A stretch of DNA of 64,000 bases from Erysipelotrichaceae bacterium (GCA_012837435.1 DURD01000007.1:11445-75444); one strand, 5' to 3'. Positions 32,026-42,371 are shown, numbered from the stretch's first letter. A program made the numbers and translations. The notes: generated by a model from the letters alone, not told the origin.

Positions 32026-32105
32026 AAAAACGCAATCATCAAAACTCGAGTTTTACCGGAAAAACGCAATCATCGAAACTAGAGTTTTACCGGAAAAACG
32101 CAATC
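32026..32105. repeat. 34-bp tandem repeat, two full copies plus a 12-bp partial copy
   Basis: AAAAACGCAATCATC(A/G)AAACT(C/A)GAGTTTTACCGG at 32026 and 32060; AAAAACGCAATC at 32094. Confidence 0.95.
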
Positions 32106-32173
32106 GTTCGATAGTTTCAAGACAGACTTTTTAAGTTTTTTTATTGTTTAACCACGAGATAAAATAAAGTGTC

Positions 32174-32956
32174 TCAGATAGTATAATCTTCTAAATGATT
32201 AAGTTGATATTTTTCAATTAATTCAAAAACAAAGTCGATATCGTTATCGAATTCACTCGGATGATGGGCGTCATAGCCAGCGACCACTTCGACTTGATAT
32301 TCTCCAGCGATCTTCCAAAACTCTTCACAAGGATAAATCAAACGTTCATAGCCGTCTTTCCAATACTTTTTCGCATGGATATTGATTTCTAAAGGGATAT
32401 GATTTTTGACCGCTTCTTCGCAGATCATTTTGGAAACAATTTCGCAATCTTTATTCCATTTTTTAAACATCGTGACAAATAAATCTGGATGCGCGACATA
32501 TTTAAATAAACCGCTTCTCATTCCCCGAATTAGGTAATCAGCGTAAGAATATAGTTCTTCGATATCATCTCTAAAGTTTTTAATATATTTGGGATTATCA
32601 CTTTTATCAAAATTAAAGTGTTGTCCGAGAATTAAGAAATCAATCGCTTTGGAAGATAATAAATCCTTATAATAATCGATAAACCTTTCCGAGTATTCCG
32701 CTTCTAGACCCACTTTAATAGCAATGGTGTCCTTATATTTTTCTTTAAGATGATGGGTGGAAGCGAGATAGTCATCTAATAAAGAATAATCTCCGCGGGA
32801 GTGAACTTGTTTGATGCCGGGAAGCATCGCGTGATCAGAAAAACCAAAACGCTTAATTCCAATCTTAATCGCGCTTTTGACATAGTCTTCATCTTCCCCA
32901 GAGGCATGACCACAGCGGTAGGTGTGGGTATGGTAACAATAATCTAATTTATTCAT
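32174..32956 (-). CDS. PHP-family (HisJ-like) phosphoesterase
   Basis: YHTHTYRCGHA, GFSDH, GLEAEY, AHPD, DAH. Confidence 0.88.
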   Translation of the reverse strand: MNKLDYCYHTHTYRCGHASGEDEDYVKSAIKIGIKRFGFSDHAMLPGIKQVHSRGDYSLLDDYLASTHHLKEKYKDTIAIKVGLEAEYSERFIDYYKDLLSSKAIDFLILGQHFNFDKSDNPKYIKNFRDDIEELYSYADYLIRGMRSGLFKYVAHPDLFVTMFKKWNKDCEIVSKMICEEAVKNHIPLEINIHAKKYWKDGYERLIYPCEEFWKIAGEYQVEVVAGYDAHHPSEFDNDIDFVFELIEKYQLNHLEDYTI

Positions 32957-33872
32957 TTTCTTTCAAATTTTTATAATTAGCAAAGTTTTGCTTGCAGATT
33001 TTAGCGAATTCTTTTTCGCCAAATTTAGCGATAAATCTCTTGGCAAAATCATCCGCAGTTTTTCCCGCGCCAAAAGGGAAAGCCATCTGATATTTCTTTT
33101 CTAATTTCTCTTTTTCCACTAAAAAGGCATAACGCGCGACGATGCTAGCTAGAGCGACGCATGGATAATAGGTCTCGCCTTTAGTTTTAAAGGTTACGTT
33201 AAGAACTTTAGGTTCCTGAGGATCGTTCAAATAAGAAAAATATTTACTTTCACCGACAAATTGATCGATAAAGATGTGTTTGGTATCAGGAAACTTCTTA
33301 AACATATTGAGCAAAGCGCGGTTGTGCATCTTAGCCTTCACAGAGTTGAGATTTTCTCCTTTAGCGATCACTTTATTATAATGGTCGTTGCTAAGTGTCA
33401 ACTTCGAGACTGAAAAAACTTTGAGCAGTGGGGGGACCATTTCTTTAATCTTTTCATCAGAGATTTTTTTGCTATCGTTGACGCCATATTGATCTAATAT
33501 CTTGATATCTTTACCTCTTACAAAAGCAGCGACCACGATTAAGGGTAAGACAAAATCACCGACCCCGACTTCGTCGCTACCGATTTGATTAGCGTAACAT
33601 AGCCAATCGGGTTTGCCCCCAGTGGCCTTTTCTATCGTTTTAATTTCGATGTCTTCTTTCCATTTTAAAGCTTCGCTAGAAGCCTCTTGACCGATAAAGG
33701 TAGCTTTATGATTTCCTTTTTTGTTTTCGTAAATGGTAATCACAACTTGATTAAAAATGGCTTGAAAAACGATGTATTCCCCATCGTTTAATCTTTGATA
33801 AGTTTGATAATACTCAATAATTTCATCAACTTGTTCTTTAGAAATAGCGAACGATACCGTCTCTTTACTCAT
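32949..33872 (-). CDS. rnhC: Ribonuclease HIII
   Basis: N-terminal extra domain, IGSDEVGVGD, DSKK, IDQF, VALASIVAR; divergent from mutS2. Confidence 0.92.
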   Translation of the reverse strand: MSKETVSFAISKEQVDEIIEYYQTYQRLNDGEYIVFQAIFNQVVITIYENKKGNHKATFIGQEASSEALKWKEDIEIKTIEKATGGKPDWLCYANQIGSDEVGVGDFVLPLIVVAAFVRGKDIKILDQYGVNDSKKISDEKIKEMVPPLLKVFSVSKLTLSNDHYNKVIAKGENLNSVKAKMHNRALLNMFKKFPDTKHIFIDQFVGESKYFSYLNDPQEPKVLNVTFKTKGETYYPCVALASIVARYAFLVEKEKLEKKYQMAFPFGAGKTADDFAKRFIAKFGEKEFAKICKQNFANYKNLKENE

Positions 33873-33932
33873 GAAAGTATCATAACACTTTTAGGGTATA
33901 AAAAGCATTTTTTATTATGCTAAAATGTTCTC

Positions 33933-36245
33933 ATGCAAGATATCTATTTAACATTTGAATTCGATAAGATAAAAGAACATCTAGTGGCCTACAATAAAAC
34001 AGAGTTAGGAAAACTCTATAGTAAAGAACTAAAGAAGCTTCCTAATTTCGAATCGATCGAAAATTCTTTACTAGATTTAAAGGAAATCAGTTCGATTATC
34101 GTGAGGTTTGGGCCTTTACCTATTGTTAGTTCTGCGAACGCTTTAAAGCTCATCGAAATCGCGAAAAAAACTGCTTTACTAACCCCAAGAGACTTAAATC
34201 TCATCGCCGAAGATGTTTTAACCATCGTTAAGATTTCAGCGTTTCTTAAGAAAATTGATAGCGCTAACTATCCCCGTATTAACAACTTAACTAATGGCTT
34301 TATCGATTTATCTAATCTCGAAAAAGAAATCCATCGCGTTATCACTCGGTCTTTAACAATTGCCGATAACGCTACTCCTGAACTCCTTCAAATTAGAAAT
34401 AAATTAAAAAAAGCTGAAGACAATTTGCAATCTAAAATCGCTTCTTTAGCTTTCCAATATGCTAAATACTTAAACGATGATAATTTTACCATTCGCGATG
34501 GGCACTTTGTTTTACCGGTTAAAACGACAGAGAAAAGCCGAGTTAACGGCGTTATCTACGATGTTTCTGATACCGGTAATACCACCTTCATCGAGCCTCT
34601 AGAAATCGTTCAATTAAATAATGAGATTACTTCCTTAAAGGTCGAAGAAAATGAAGAAGTCAGAAAGATATTAAAAGCTTTAACCGCTTTAGTGCTCCTC
34701 CAAGAAAAAGAAATTATTACTAATAATAAGATTATCGCAGAGCTAGATTTTTTAAGTGCGAAAGCCCTGTACGCTAATGAGATAAACGCAGAAATTGCGA
34801 CCTGTAGCACCGAACAAATCATCGATTTAAAAGAAGCTAGACACCCTTTAATCGATGCTTCTAAGGTCGTAGCTAATTCCTTTTATCTCGATGAAGATAA
34901 ACCCATCATCATTATCTCCGGCCCTAATGCGGGTGGTAAAACGGTGGCTCTAAAAACTGTGGGGCTCTTAACGCTGATGCATCACTCAGCTCTTGCGGTA
35001 CCCGCCCTTAAAGCGACTATCGGTTATTTTAAAAATATCTATATCGATATCGGTGACAATCAATCCTTATCCGATAACTTATCGACCTTCTCCGCCCATG
35101 TTAGCCAAATCGGAGAGATTGTTCGCGTAGTGGGCGCGAAAGATTTAGTGTTACTAGATGAATTAGGGACAGGAACTGATCCCCGAGAAGGTGAATCGCT
35201 CGCCGTCTCTATCACTAAATACTTAGAATCAAAACGCTGCTTAGTTTTGATTTCTTCGCATTTTAACGCCCTAAAAGAATACGCCTTTATCTCTTTGAAA
35301 ATATCTAACGGCAGCATGATTTTTGATGAGCACAATCTCGCACCTACTTATCGCTTTAAACAAGGGGTACCAGGTAAAAGCTATGCTTTAGAAGTGGCGA
35401 GTAGGTACGGAATGGATTCTAAGATTATTAAGGAAGCGCAGATCTTTTTAGAAAGTCATCAGCAAAATGAAACCGCTGAACTCTTAGACATCTTACAGCG
35501 GAAAATCGAAGAAACTGATCAATTACAGTTCTCCTTAAACCAAAAAGAATCTGAGATCAATAAAAGAGAAAAGCAACTTTCTAACGCCGAAACGATTTTT
35601 GAAAATCGCCGCGAAAATTTACTAAAAGATGTCAAAATAGAGAAAGCTAAGTTAATCGCTGAAACTAAAAAAGAGATTTCGGAAATTATCAGTAAACTAC
35701 ATCACACCGATTTAAAAGTTCACGAAGTCATCGAACTTAAAAAAGATTTAGAAAAGTTAGAAGAAATTGAAGAAGAAGAAATCTTTGATGAAGATATAAA
35801 GCTCCACGATTACGTGGCTATTCCTAGCATGAATATCGTTGGTAAAGTGACGAGAATAAAAGGCGAAAAAGTCCATATCGTTTCCGATAGCGGCTTCACT
35901 TTCGATGTCGCTAAAAATAAGTTACAAAAAATTAATGCCCCAAAAACTAAACCCTCGAAAGTTAGAAAGGTTAGTGATAGTGAGCCTTTAATCAACACTA
36001 AGGTCGGAATCGAATTAAATTTAATCGGGATGCGCGTTGAAGAAGCGAGAAATACTTTAATCAAATATTTAGATAATTGTCGAATCAAACGCTTCACTCA
36101 GGTGAGAATCATCCATGGCTTCGGTAGTGGGGCTCTTCGCCAACTAGTGAGAAACTATTTAAAAACCCAAAAAGACTTAACTTATCGTCCCGGGGGAGAA
36201 TACGAAGGCGGTGGAGGGTGCACCGTAGTAATGTTTAACCCATGA
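33933..36245 (+). CDS. mutS2: Endonuclease MutS2
   Basis: GPNAGGKT, IGDNQS...LSTFS, LDELGTGTDP, Smr domain IIHGFGSG. Confidence 0.95.
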   Translation: MQDIYLTFEFDKIKEHLVAYNKTELGKLYSKELKKLPNFESIENSLLDLKEISSIIVRFGPLPIVSSANALKLIEIAKKTALLTPRDLNLIAEDVLTIVKISAFLKKIDSANYPRINNLTNGFIDLSNLEKEIHRVITRSLTIADNATPELLQIRNKLKKAEDNLQSKIASLAFQYAKYLNDDNFTIRDGHFVLPVKTTEKSRVNGVIYDVSDTGNTTFIEPLEIVQLNNEITSLKVEENEEVRKILKALTALVLLQEKEIITNNKIIAELDFLSAKALYANEINAEIATCSTEQIIDLKEARHPLIDASKVVANSFYLDEDKPIIIISGPNAGGKTVALKTVGLLTLMHHSALAVPALKATIGYFKNIYIDIGDNQSLSDNLSTFSAHVSQIGEIVRVVGAKDLVLLDELGTGTDPREGESLAVSITKYLESKRCLVLISSHFNALKEYAFISLKISNGSMIFDEHNLAPTYRFKQGVPGKSYALEVASRYGMDSKIIKEAQIFLESHQQNETAELLDILQRKIEETDQLQFSLNQKESEINKREKQLSNAETIFENRRENLLKDVKIEKAKLIAETKKEISEIISKLHHTDLKVHEVIELKKDLEKLEEIEEEEIFDEDIKLHDYVAIPSMNIVGKVTRIKGEKVHIVSDSGFTFDVAKNKLQKINAPKTKPSKVRKVSDSEPLINTKVGIELNLIGMRVEEARNTLIKYLDNCRIKRFTQVRIIHGFGSGALRQLVRNYLKTQKDLTYRPGGEYEGGGGCTVVMFNP

Positions 36246-37993
36246 AAGAAAGAATAAAAGTCGGAATCGCTAATTTAAAGCCTCTTCCCGGTGTATATTT
36301 AATGCACGATAAAGATGAGAATATCATCTATATCGGCAAAGCCAAAGATTTATCGAAGAGAGTCCGTCAATATTTCTTGCGTCCTCAATCCGGAAAAGTG
36401 GCCAAGATGGTCTTTGAAACCGCATATTTTGAAACGATTATCACTAATAATGAAAAAGAAGCTTTGATTTTAGAGATGAATCTCATTCAAACCCATTATC
36501 CTAAGTATAATGTTTTATTAAAAGACGATAGCCATTATCCCTATATCGCTTTAAAAAAAGAGGGTTATCCCTATTTGCAGATTAAAAGAAATACCAAAGA
36601 TAAAAAATACGATTACTTCGGACCCTTTCCACGAAGTAGTTCCGCGTACGAAACCATCGATTTACTAAATAAAATCTTTCCCTTAAGAAAGTGTAACCGC
36701 ATACCCCGTAAACCTTGTCTTTATTACGATTTAGGTCAATGTCTCGCTCCGTGCATCAATAAAATCGACGAACCCCTTATTAAGGAAATGAAAGAACAAG
36801 TTAAAGACTTCTTAAAGAGCAACAACCAAAAAGTCATCGCTGACCTCAATAAAAAAATGATGATGGCCAGCGAAAACCTAGACTACGAAAAGGCTCATGA
36901 ATATAAAAAAATATTGGAGGCGATTAATCACATCAACATCAAACAAAATATTGAGCAAATCGATAAAAAGGACCGCGATATCTTCGCATTTAGTAGTAGA
37001 GAAGGTTATCTATCTCTCGCCGTACTTTTGTTCCGTAAAGGTCGGCTCTTAGATAAAAAAAGCTATATCGTCGAACAATTTGATAATAACGAGGAACAAG
37101 TCGCTAATTTAATTTTACAGTTTTATCAAAAAGTTCTGCTCCCTCAAGAAATAGTGATAAATAACGACACTGTTATCGATTTATTAGAAGGGTTAATCGA
37201 CGCAAAAATCTATAGTGTTACCAGAGGTAAATTAATCGATTTACTCTTGAGTGCAAAACAAAACGCTGACAGTGCGATGGATGAATACTTTTTGTCAGCA
37301 AAACTAGATGATAATAAACTAACTCTATTAGAACAATTAGGAAAATTACTAAACATCAAAACACCTTTACGAATAGATTTAATCGATAATTCTCATTTAC
37401 AAGGGTCTTCGCCAGTCGGCGCCGCCGTCGTCTTTATTAACGGCGAACCGGCGAAGAAGTTGTACCGAAAATATAAAATTGAACACGAAGAAGCTAGAGA
37501 TGACTTAAAATCGATGGAAGAAATCGTAATCCGTCGATATTTAAGAATGAAAAACGAAAAACAAACTCTACCCGATCTCCTCCTCGTCGATGGGGGACAT
37601 AATCAAATTCATGCCGCGGATAAGGCTTTAAAAGAAATCGATTTAGATATCCATCTATTTGGTTTAGTTAAAAACACTAAACACCAAACTTCTGGATTGA
37701 TGGATAAAGATGGAAAGGTCTATGAGATTGAAAACAATAATTTATTCTTTTTACTAACAAGAATGCAAGATGAAGTCCATCGTTTCGCTATCTCTTTCCA
37801 TCAATCATTAAGAAGTAAAAAAATGAAATCATCGTTACTAGATGATATCAAAGGATTAGGAGAAAAAAGAAAAGAAATCATCCATAAAGCTTATCCTGAT
37901 ATCCATCTTTTAAAACAAGCTCCCTTAGAAGAATTAAATCAATTATTGCCTCCTTCTGTCGCAAAAGCTCTATACCGTAAACTGCATGATTAA
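36242..37993 (+). CDS. uvrC: Excinuclease ABC subunit C
   Basis: PGVYLM...IYIGKAK (GIY-YIG), DNSH, PDLLLVDGG, DEVHRFAI. Confidence 0.96.
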   Translation: MKERIKVGIANLKPLPGVYLMHDKDENIIYIGKAKDLSKRVRQYFLRPQSGKVAKMVFETAYFETIITNNEKEALILEMNLIQTHYPKYNVLLKDDSHYPYIALKKEGYPYLQIKRNTKDKKYDYFGPFPRSSSAYETIDLLNKIFPLRKCNRIPRKPCLYYDLGQCLAPCINKIDEPLIKEMKEQVKDFLKSNNQKVIADLNKKMMMASENLDYEKAHEYKKILEAINHINIKQNIEQIDKKDRDIFAFSSREGYLSLAVLLFRKGRLLDKKSYIVEQFDNNEEQVANLILQFYQKVLLPQEIVINNDTVIDLLEGLIDAKIYSVTRGKLIDLLLSAKQNADSAMDEYFLSAKLDDNKLTLLEQLGKLLNIKTPLRIDLIDNSHLQGSSPVGAAVVFINGEPAKKLYRKYKIEHEEARDDLKSMEEIVIRRYLRMKNEKQTLPDLLLVDGGHNQIHAADKALKEIDLDIHLFGLVKNTKHQTSGLMDKDGKVYEIENNNLFFLLTRMQDEVHRFAISFHQSLRSKKMKSSLLDDIKGLGEKRKEIIHKAYPDIHLLKQAPLEELNQLLPPSVAKALYRKLHD

Positions 37994-38043
37994 TCTTGCT
38001 TATTTCTCTATATTTCTTTATGATATTATTCGCGCAAGCAAAT

Positions 38044-38120
38044 GTCCTCGTAGCTCAGTTGGACAGAGCAACAGCCTTCTAAGCTGTGGGTCAGGCGTTC
38101 GAGTCGCCTCGAGGATACCA
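38044..38120 (+). tRNA. tRNA-Arg (anticodon TCT)
   Basis: Cloverleaf: GTCCTCG/CGAGGAT acceptor stem, TAGCTCAGTTGG D arm, ACAGC-CTTCTAA-GCTGT anticodon arm, GTTCGAG T loop, encoded CCA. Confidence 0.97.
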
Positions 38121-38155
38121 GTTAAAGACGGCACTCCGATGTTTCGGGGGTAAAT

Positions 38156-38185
38156 AGGGGGTTTTGAGAACCAAGCCCCCTTTTT
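38156..38185 (+). terminator. Intrinsic terminator after the tRNA
   Basis: AGGGGGTTT...AAGCCCCCT followed by T run. Confidence 0.7.
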
Positions 38186-38333
38186 ATGTGATGTTCTGGC
38201 TCTCAGAAAAACGGAGAACCCTTAAAAATGCGACAATATGTTGAAAATATTAAAGAAAAAGTTTAGATTGTGTTAAACTATTATCAATAAATTTACTATT
38301 AACTTGTAGTGGACTAGAAGGGGGGTACGCTAC

Positions 38334-38576
38334 ATGACTATTAATAACGAACGGGAAGAGCTACACCGAACCATTTGGTGTTTTTCCCATGAACTCATTG
38401 GTAAATCTTATTCCATCACAATGGATAGTTTTTATTGTGCCACTGATAGAATGAGCAAAAACGCATATATAAACCTTGAATCTATCGAAAAAACCTGTTT
38501 GTCGATGGGTTGTAGAATTGAAGATGTGATTGAAATAATTAAAGATGAGGAAAAAAATGATGATAACAATAGATAA
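38334..38576 (+). pseudogene. Chimeric relic: HsdM-like N-terminus plus C-terminal half of an XRE/Cro-type HTH protein
   Basis: REELHRTIW...ELIG resembles type IC HsdM starts; INLESIEKTCLSMGCRIEDVIEI resembles the end of HTH_26 regulators. Confidence 0.5.
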
Positions 38577-41500
38577 TTTAGGCGGATTCTTATTATCTTT
38601 AGGATATACTGAGAATGACAATGTTTATTCATATCACTTCAGTCAATTTGCTTGTGACATTACAGTTGATTTCAATAAAGAAAAAATATACTACCCCGAG
38701 GAAAAGGGCTTAATAGTTAACGAAGCACAAACTACTAATTTTTTAGAAAATGAGAATTTTGTTGTACTTGAGTGCGTTCATAGACTTTTAGATAAAGGAT
38801 ATAATCCATCACATATTGAAATAGAAAAAAGATGGTCGCTTGGTCATTTGCAAAAAAGCGGTCGTGCTGACATATGTGTTATGAATGCCACAGGAACAGA
38901 TATGCTTATCATTATTGAATGTAAAACCTTTGGAAATGAGTATGAAAAAGCTTTGGATGTCTTGAAACAAGATGGCGGACAACTGTTTAGTTATTATCAA
39001 CAGGAGAAATCTACTAAATGGCTTATGCTCTATGCTACAGGTTATGAAAATAAAAAAATAGAACACCAAGTCAATACAATTCCTGTTTTTGATACGGAAA
39101 AAGCTTTAGAAAGATACCAAAAAGATAAAACTATAAAACTATATGAAAATGCACATTCTAAAGAGAGAGCCTTTGAGGTTTGGAAAGATACTTATGAACA
39201 AAAAACATATGATGATTTAATCTTTTCAAAAGATACAATAGCCTATAATATTGGCGAAGAACCTTTAAGAATCAAAGATTTAAAGGACTTCAACCCAAAA
39301 GATAGGATTGTAAATAAGTTTGAGGAGATACTAAGACACAATAATGTATCCGACAAAGAAAATGCTTTTAATAAGCTTACGGCTCTGTTTATATGTAAAC
39401 TCGTAGACGAAATAACAAAAGATGAAAATGATATTGTTGAATTTCAGTATCAATTTGGAACAGATACATACGAAACCTTGCTCGACAGATTGCAAAGACT
39501 GTATAAAGAGGGAATGGATAAGTTTATGAAAGAGGAAATATTTTATGTTTCTTCTGAATATCCTGTAAATCTTTTCAGAAATTACAAAGGGCATAACAGA
39601 AAAAATGCAATAGATGATTTAAAAGAAACTTTTAGAAAGCTAAAATTCTATTCCAATAGCGATTTTGCTTTTAAAGATGTTCATAATGAAGAACTTTTCA
39701 AACAAAACGGAAAAATACTTGTAGAGGTTGTAAAATTATTTGAAAAGTATAGGATTGTTTATCCATCTAAACATCAATTTTTGGGCGATTTGTTTGAACA
39801 GCTTTTAAATCAAGGATTTAAGCAAAACGAAGGTCAATTTTTTACACCTATTCCGATAACACGCTTTATTTGGGAAAGTTTGCCGTTGGAAACATTATCG
39901 TCAAGAACAGGAGGAGATATTTATCCTAAAATAATTGATTATGCTTGCGGTAGCGGACACTTTTTGACTGAAGGCATAGATATTTTAAACAGTATTCATA
40001 AAAGTGAAAATAATGATTGGGTACGAGGAAAAATCTTCGGCATTGAAAAGGATTATAGACTTGCTAGAGTTTCAAAAATTTCTTTATTTATGAATGGTGT
40101 CGGCGGAGGAAACATAATTTTCGGTGATGGACTTGATAATCACAAAGAAAAGGACATCGAGAATAACAGCTTTGATATTCTTGTTGCTAACCCACCTTAT
40201 TCAGTGAAAGCTTTTAAATCTCATTTACAACTCGAAGACAACGAGTTTGAACTCATAAATTTAATTTCTAACGAGGGTAGCGAAATTGAAGTATTATTTG
40301 TTGAAAGGATTTCGCAATTAGTAAAACCGAACGGGGTAGCTGCTGTTATACTTCCCTCAACAATATTAAGTAACACTTCTAATAGCTACATTGGTGCAAG
40401 GGAAGCAATATTAAAAAACTTTAAGATACGAGCTATTGTACAATTAAATGACAAAACCTTTGGGGCGACTGGGACTAATACCGTGGTCTTATTTTTAGAG
40501 AAATATAATGAGCCGCCAAAGCATTTCAAAATGATGGAAGATTCTGTAGAGGCAATTTTCAGTTTACAGACTTCAAAAGAATGGAAAGACGATGAGATAT
40601 TAAATGACTATGTAGACCATATAGGTATAGATACCTCTACCTATTCAGATTTTCTTGAGGAAAAAAGAGATTATAACGAATGGAAAGACGATGAATATTT
40701 TTCAATGTATTTGGATGCCTTTTTAAACTCAACAGAATTTAAAAACATGAATAGTAAAAACTTTTTTAAAAAACTGACTGATCAAGAACAGAAACTGAAG
40801 CTCAATACCACATTTTACAATGATGTAAAAAAAATTGAAAAGGATAAGCTGCTTTATTTCTCCTTAGCAAGAAATAATAAAACCTTAGTTATAAAAGCAC
40901 CTACAACAGCCAACGGACAATATGAGTTTTTAGGTTATCAATGGTCTAAAAGAAAAGGTAATGAGGGAATACAAGTGCAAAATCTTGGCGGGAAACTTTA
41001 CGACCCCAAAAATAGAGAAAGCAAAAAACACATATCTCCACTTATCAAGAAAACATTTAATGATAAGTTCGAAATTATGGATGAGGATTTAGAAGAATAT
41101 GTGAATATATTTCAAACTAAAAACATGTTTGATTTTGGTAGAGAAAAGTTTGATAGAGCAATTAGTTTAGTTGAAAGAGTTCTAAAAATAATAAGTAAAT
41201 ATAAATTAGAGCCATTAAAAAAACATATGCTCGTTATAAGAGGAGTAACCTATTCAAAAGATGAGCAAACTTTGAGCAAAACAGATAATGTAGTTCTTAC
41301 TGCCGACAATATAACTCTCACTCATAGATTGGATATAAAAAAAGAAATTCATTTAAATGATGGAGTAGAACTACCTGATGAGAAGAAGTTATTGGAAAAT
41401 GACATCTTTGTTTGTATGTCGAGCGGTAGTACAAAACATATAGGTAAATTAGCTTATATAACGGAAAACCTTAATAAATATGCGGGTGGTTTTATGGGAA

Positions 41501-41805
41501 TATTGAGGCTAAATTCAAAACAAATATTACCTAAGTACACATACTTTGTTTTAACTACAAATTTATTGCAAAAACAGATAAAATCACTCGGGTTAGGTGG
41601 GAACATAAAAAACATTTCGTCAAATATAGGTAATATAAAAATACCAATCCCCCCTTTAAACGTTCAAAAAGATATCATACAAGAATGTGAAAAAGTCGAA
41701 AGCAAATTTGAAAAAACTCGAATGAAGATAGAAGAATATCAAGACAAAATTAAGGTGATATTTGAAGAACTTGATGTGTTGAAATTTAGCGGGGGGGGGG
41801 TATAA
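38557..41805 (+). CDS. Fused restriction endonuclease / N6-adenine methyltransferase / first specificity domain (Type IIG/IIB-like); ends just after a G10 tract
   Basis: RADI...IIECK nuclease, GQFFTP, DYACGSGHF (motif I), NPPY (motif IV), HsdS-like RGVTY...IKIPIPPLNVQKDII. Confidence 0.9.
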   Translation: MMITIDNLGGFLLSLGYTENDNVYSYHFSQFACDITVDFNKEKIYYPEEKGLIVNEAQTTNFLENENFVVLECVHRLLDKGYNPSHIEIEKRWSLGHLQKSGRADICVMNATGTDMLIIIECKTFGNEYEKALDVLKQDGGQLFSYYQQEKSTKWLMLYATGYENKKIEHQVNTIPVFDTEKALERYQKDKTIKLYENAHSKERAFEVWKDTYEQKTYDDLIFSKDTIAYNIGEEPLRIKDLKDFNPKDRIVNKFEEILRHNNVSDKENAFNKLTALFICKLVDEITKDENDIVEFQYQFGTDTYETLLDRLQRLYKEGMDKFMKEEIFYVSSEYPVNLFRNYKGHNRKNAIDDLKETFRKLKFYSNSDFAFKDVHNEELFKQNGKILVEVVKLFEKYRIVYPSKHQFLGDLFEQLLNQGFKQNEGQFFTPIPITRFIWESLPLETLSSRTGGDIYPKIIDYACGSGHFLTEGIDILNSIHKSENNDWVRGKIFGIEKDYRLARVSKISLFMNGVGGGNIIFGDGLDNHKEKDIENNSFDILVANPPYSVKAFKSHLQLEDNEFELINLISNEGSEIEVLFVERISQLVKPNGVAAVILPSTILSNTSNSYIGAREAILKNFKIRAIVQLNDKTFGATGTNTVVLFLEKYNEPPKHFKMMEDSVEAIFSLQTSKEWKDDEILNDYVDHIGIDTSTYSDFLEEKRDYNEWKDDEYFSMYLDAFLNSTEFKNMNSKNFFKKLTDQEQKLKLNTTFYNDVKKIEKDKLLYFSLARNNKTLVIKAPTTANGQYEFLGYQWSKRKGNEGIQVQNLGGKLYDPKNRESKKHISPLIKKTFNDKFEIMDEDLEEYVNIFQTKNMFDFGREKFDRAISLVERVLKIISKYKLEPLKKHMLVIRGVTYSKDEQTLSKTDNVVLTADNITLTHRLDIKKEIHLNDGVELPDEKKLLENDIFVCMSSGSTKHIGKLAYITENLNKYAGGFMGILRLNSKQILPKYTYFVLTTNLLQKQIKSLGLGGNIKNISSNIGNIKIPIPPLNVQKDIIQECEKVESKFEKTRMKIEEYQDKIKVIFEELDVLKFSGGGV
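41791..41800 (+). repeat. Poly-G tract (G10)
   Basis: TTTAGC GGGGGGGGGG TATAAA; the longest G/C run I saw in this AT-rich window. Confidence 0.95.
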
Positions 41806-42307
41806 ACTGAGTGATCCCAAAGTGTTCAGCATATCCATTGGACAGAGAGTGTTGCAAGAAGATTTAACGGACATTGGTATTCCTGTGTACAGTGCAAATG
41901 TCTTTGAACCTATGGGATTAATTGATGATAAGCTATTAAATAATTTTGATGACGAATATATTATCTGGGGCATTGATGGAGATTGGATGGTTAATATCTT
42001 ACCTAAAGGTTATGAATTTTATCCGACCGACCATTGTGGAGTAATGCAAGTAGATAAAAATATCATCAACCCGAGATATATGGCTTATATTCTAGAAAAG
42101 GAAGGAGCGAGACTAGGCTTTTCCAGAACTTATAGAGCTTCATTAGATAGAATAAAAGGCATTTCTATCGAAGTGCCTAATGTAAATATTCAGAACGAAA
42201 AAATGAGAGAAGTTGAAGAGTTTGAAAATCAAATAAGAAGTTTAGAAGAAACGCAAATTGATTTAAATTTTGAAATAAGCAATATTATTAAGAAATATTT
42301 GAATTAA
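41801..42307 (+). CDS. Second specificity (TRD) domain, out of frame with the RM gene at G10
   Basis: YKLSDPKVFSISIGQRV...IPVYSAN...WGIDGD...ISIEVPNVNIQ is HsdS-like; the frame is open from the G tract and GTG 41822 has no clear SD. Confidence 0.82.
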   Translation, partial: YKLSDPKVFSISIGQRVLQEDLTDIGIPVYSANVFEPMGLIDDKLLNNFDDEYIIWGIDGDWMVNILPKGYEFYPTDHCGVMQVDKNIINPRYMAYILEKEGARLGFSRTYRASLDRIKGISIEVPNVNIQNEKMREVEEFENQIRSLEETQIDLNFEISNIIKKYLN

Positions 42308-42371
42308 TTAGTCAAACAACACAATTAACGAAAACAAAAAACACTTGAAATTACCGCTACGCAATGTTATT

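Noticed and set aside
32026..32105. 34-bp repeats as a CRISPR array
   Set aside because: Units are contiguous with no unique spacers, and there are no cas genes in the window.
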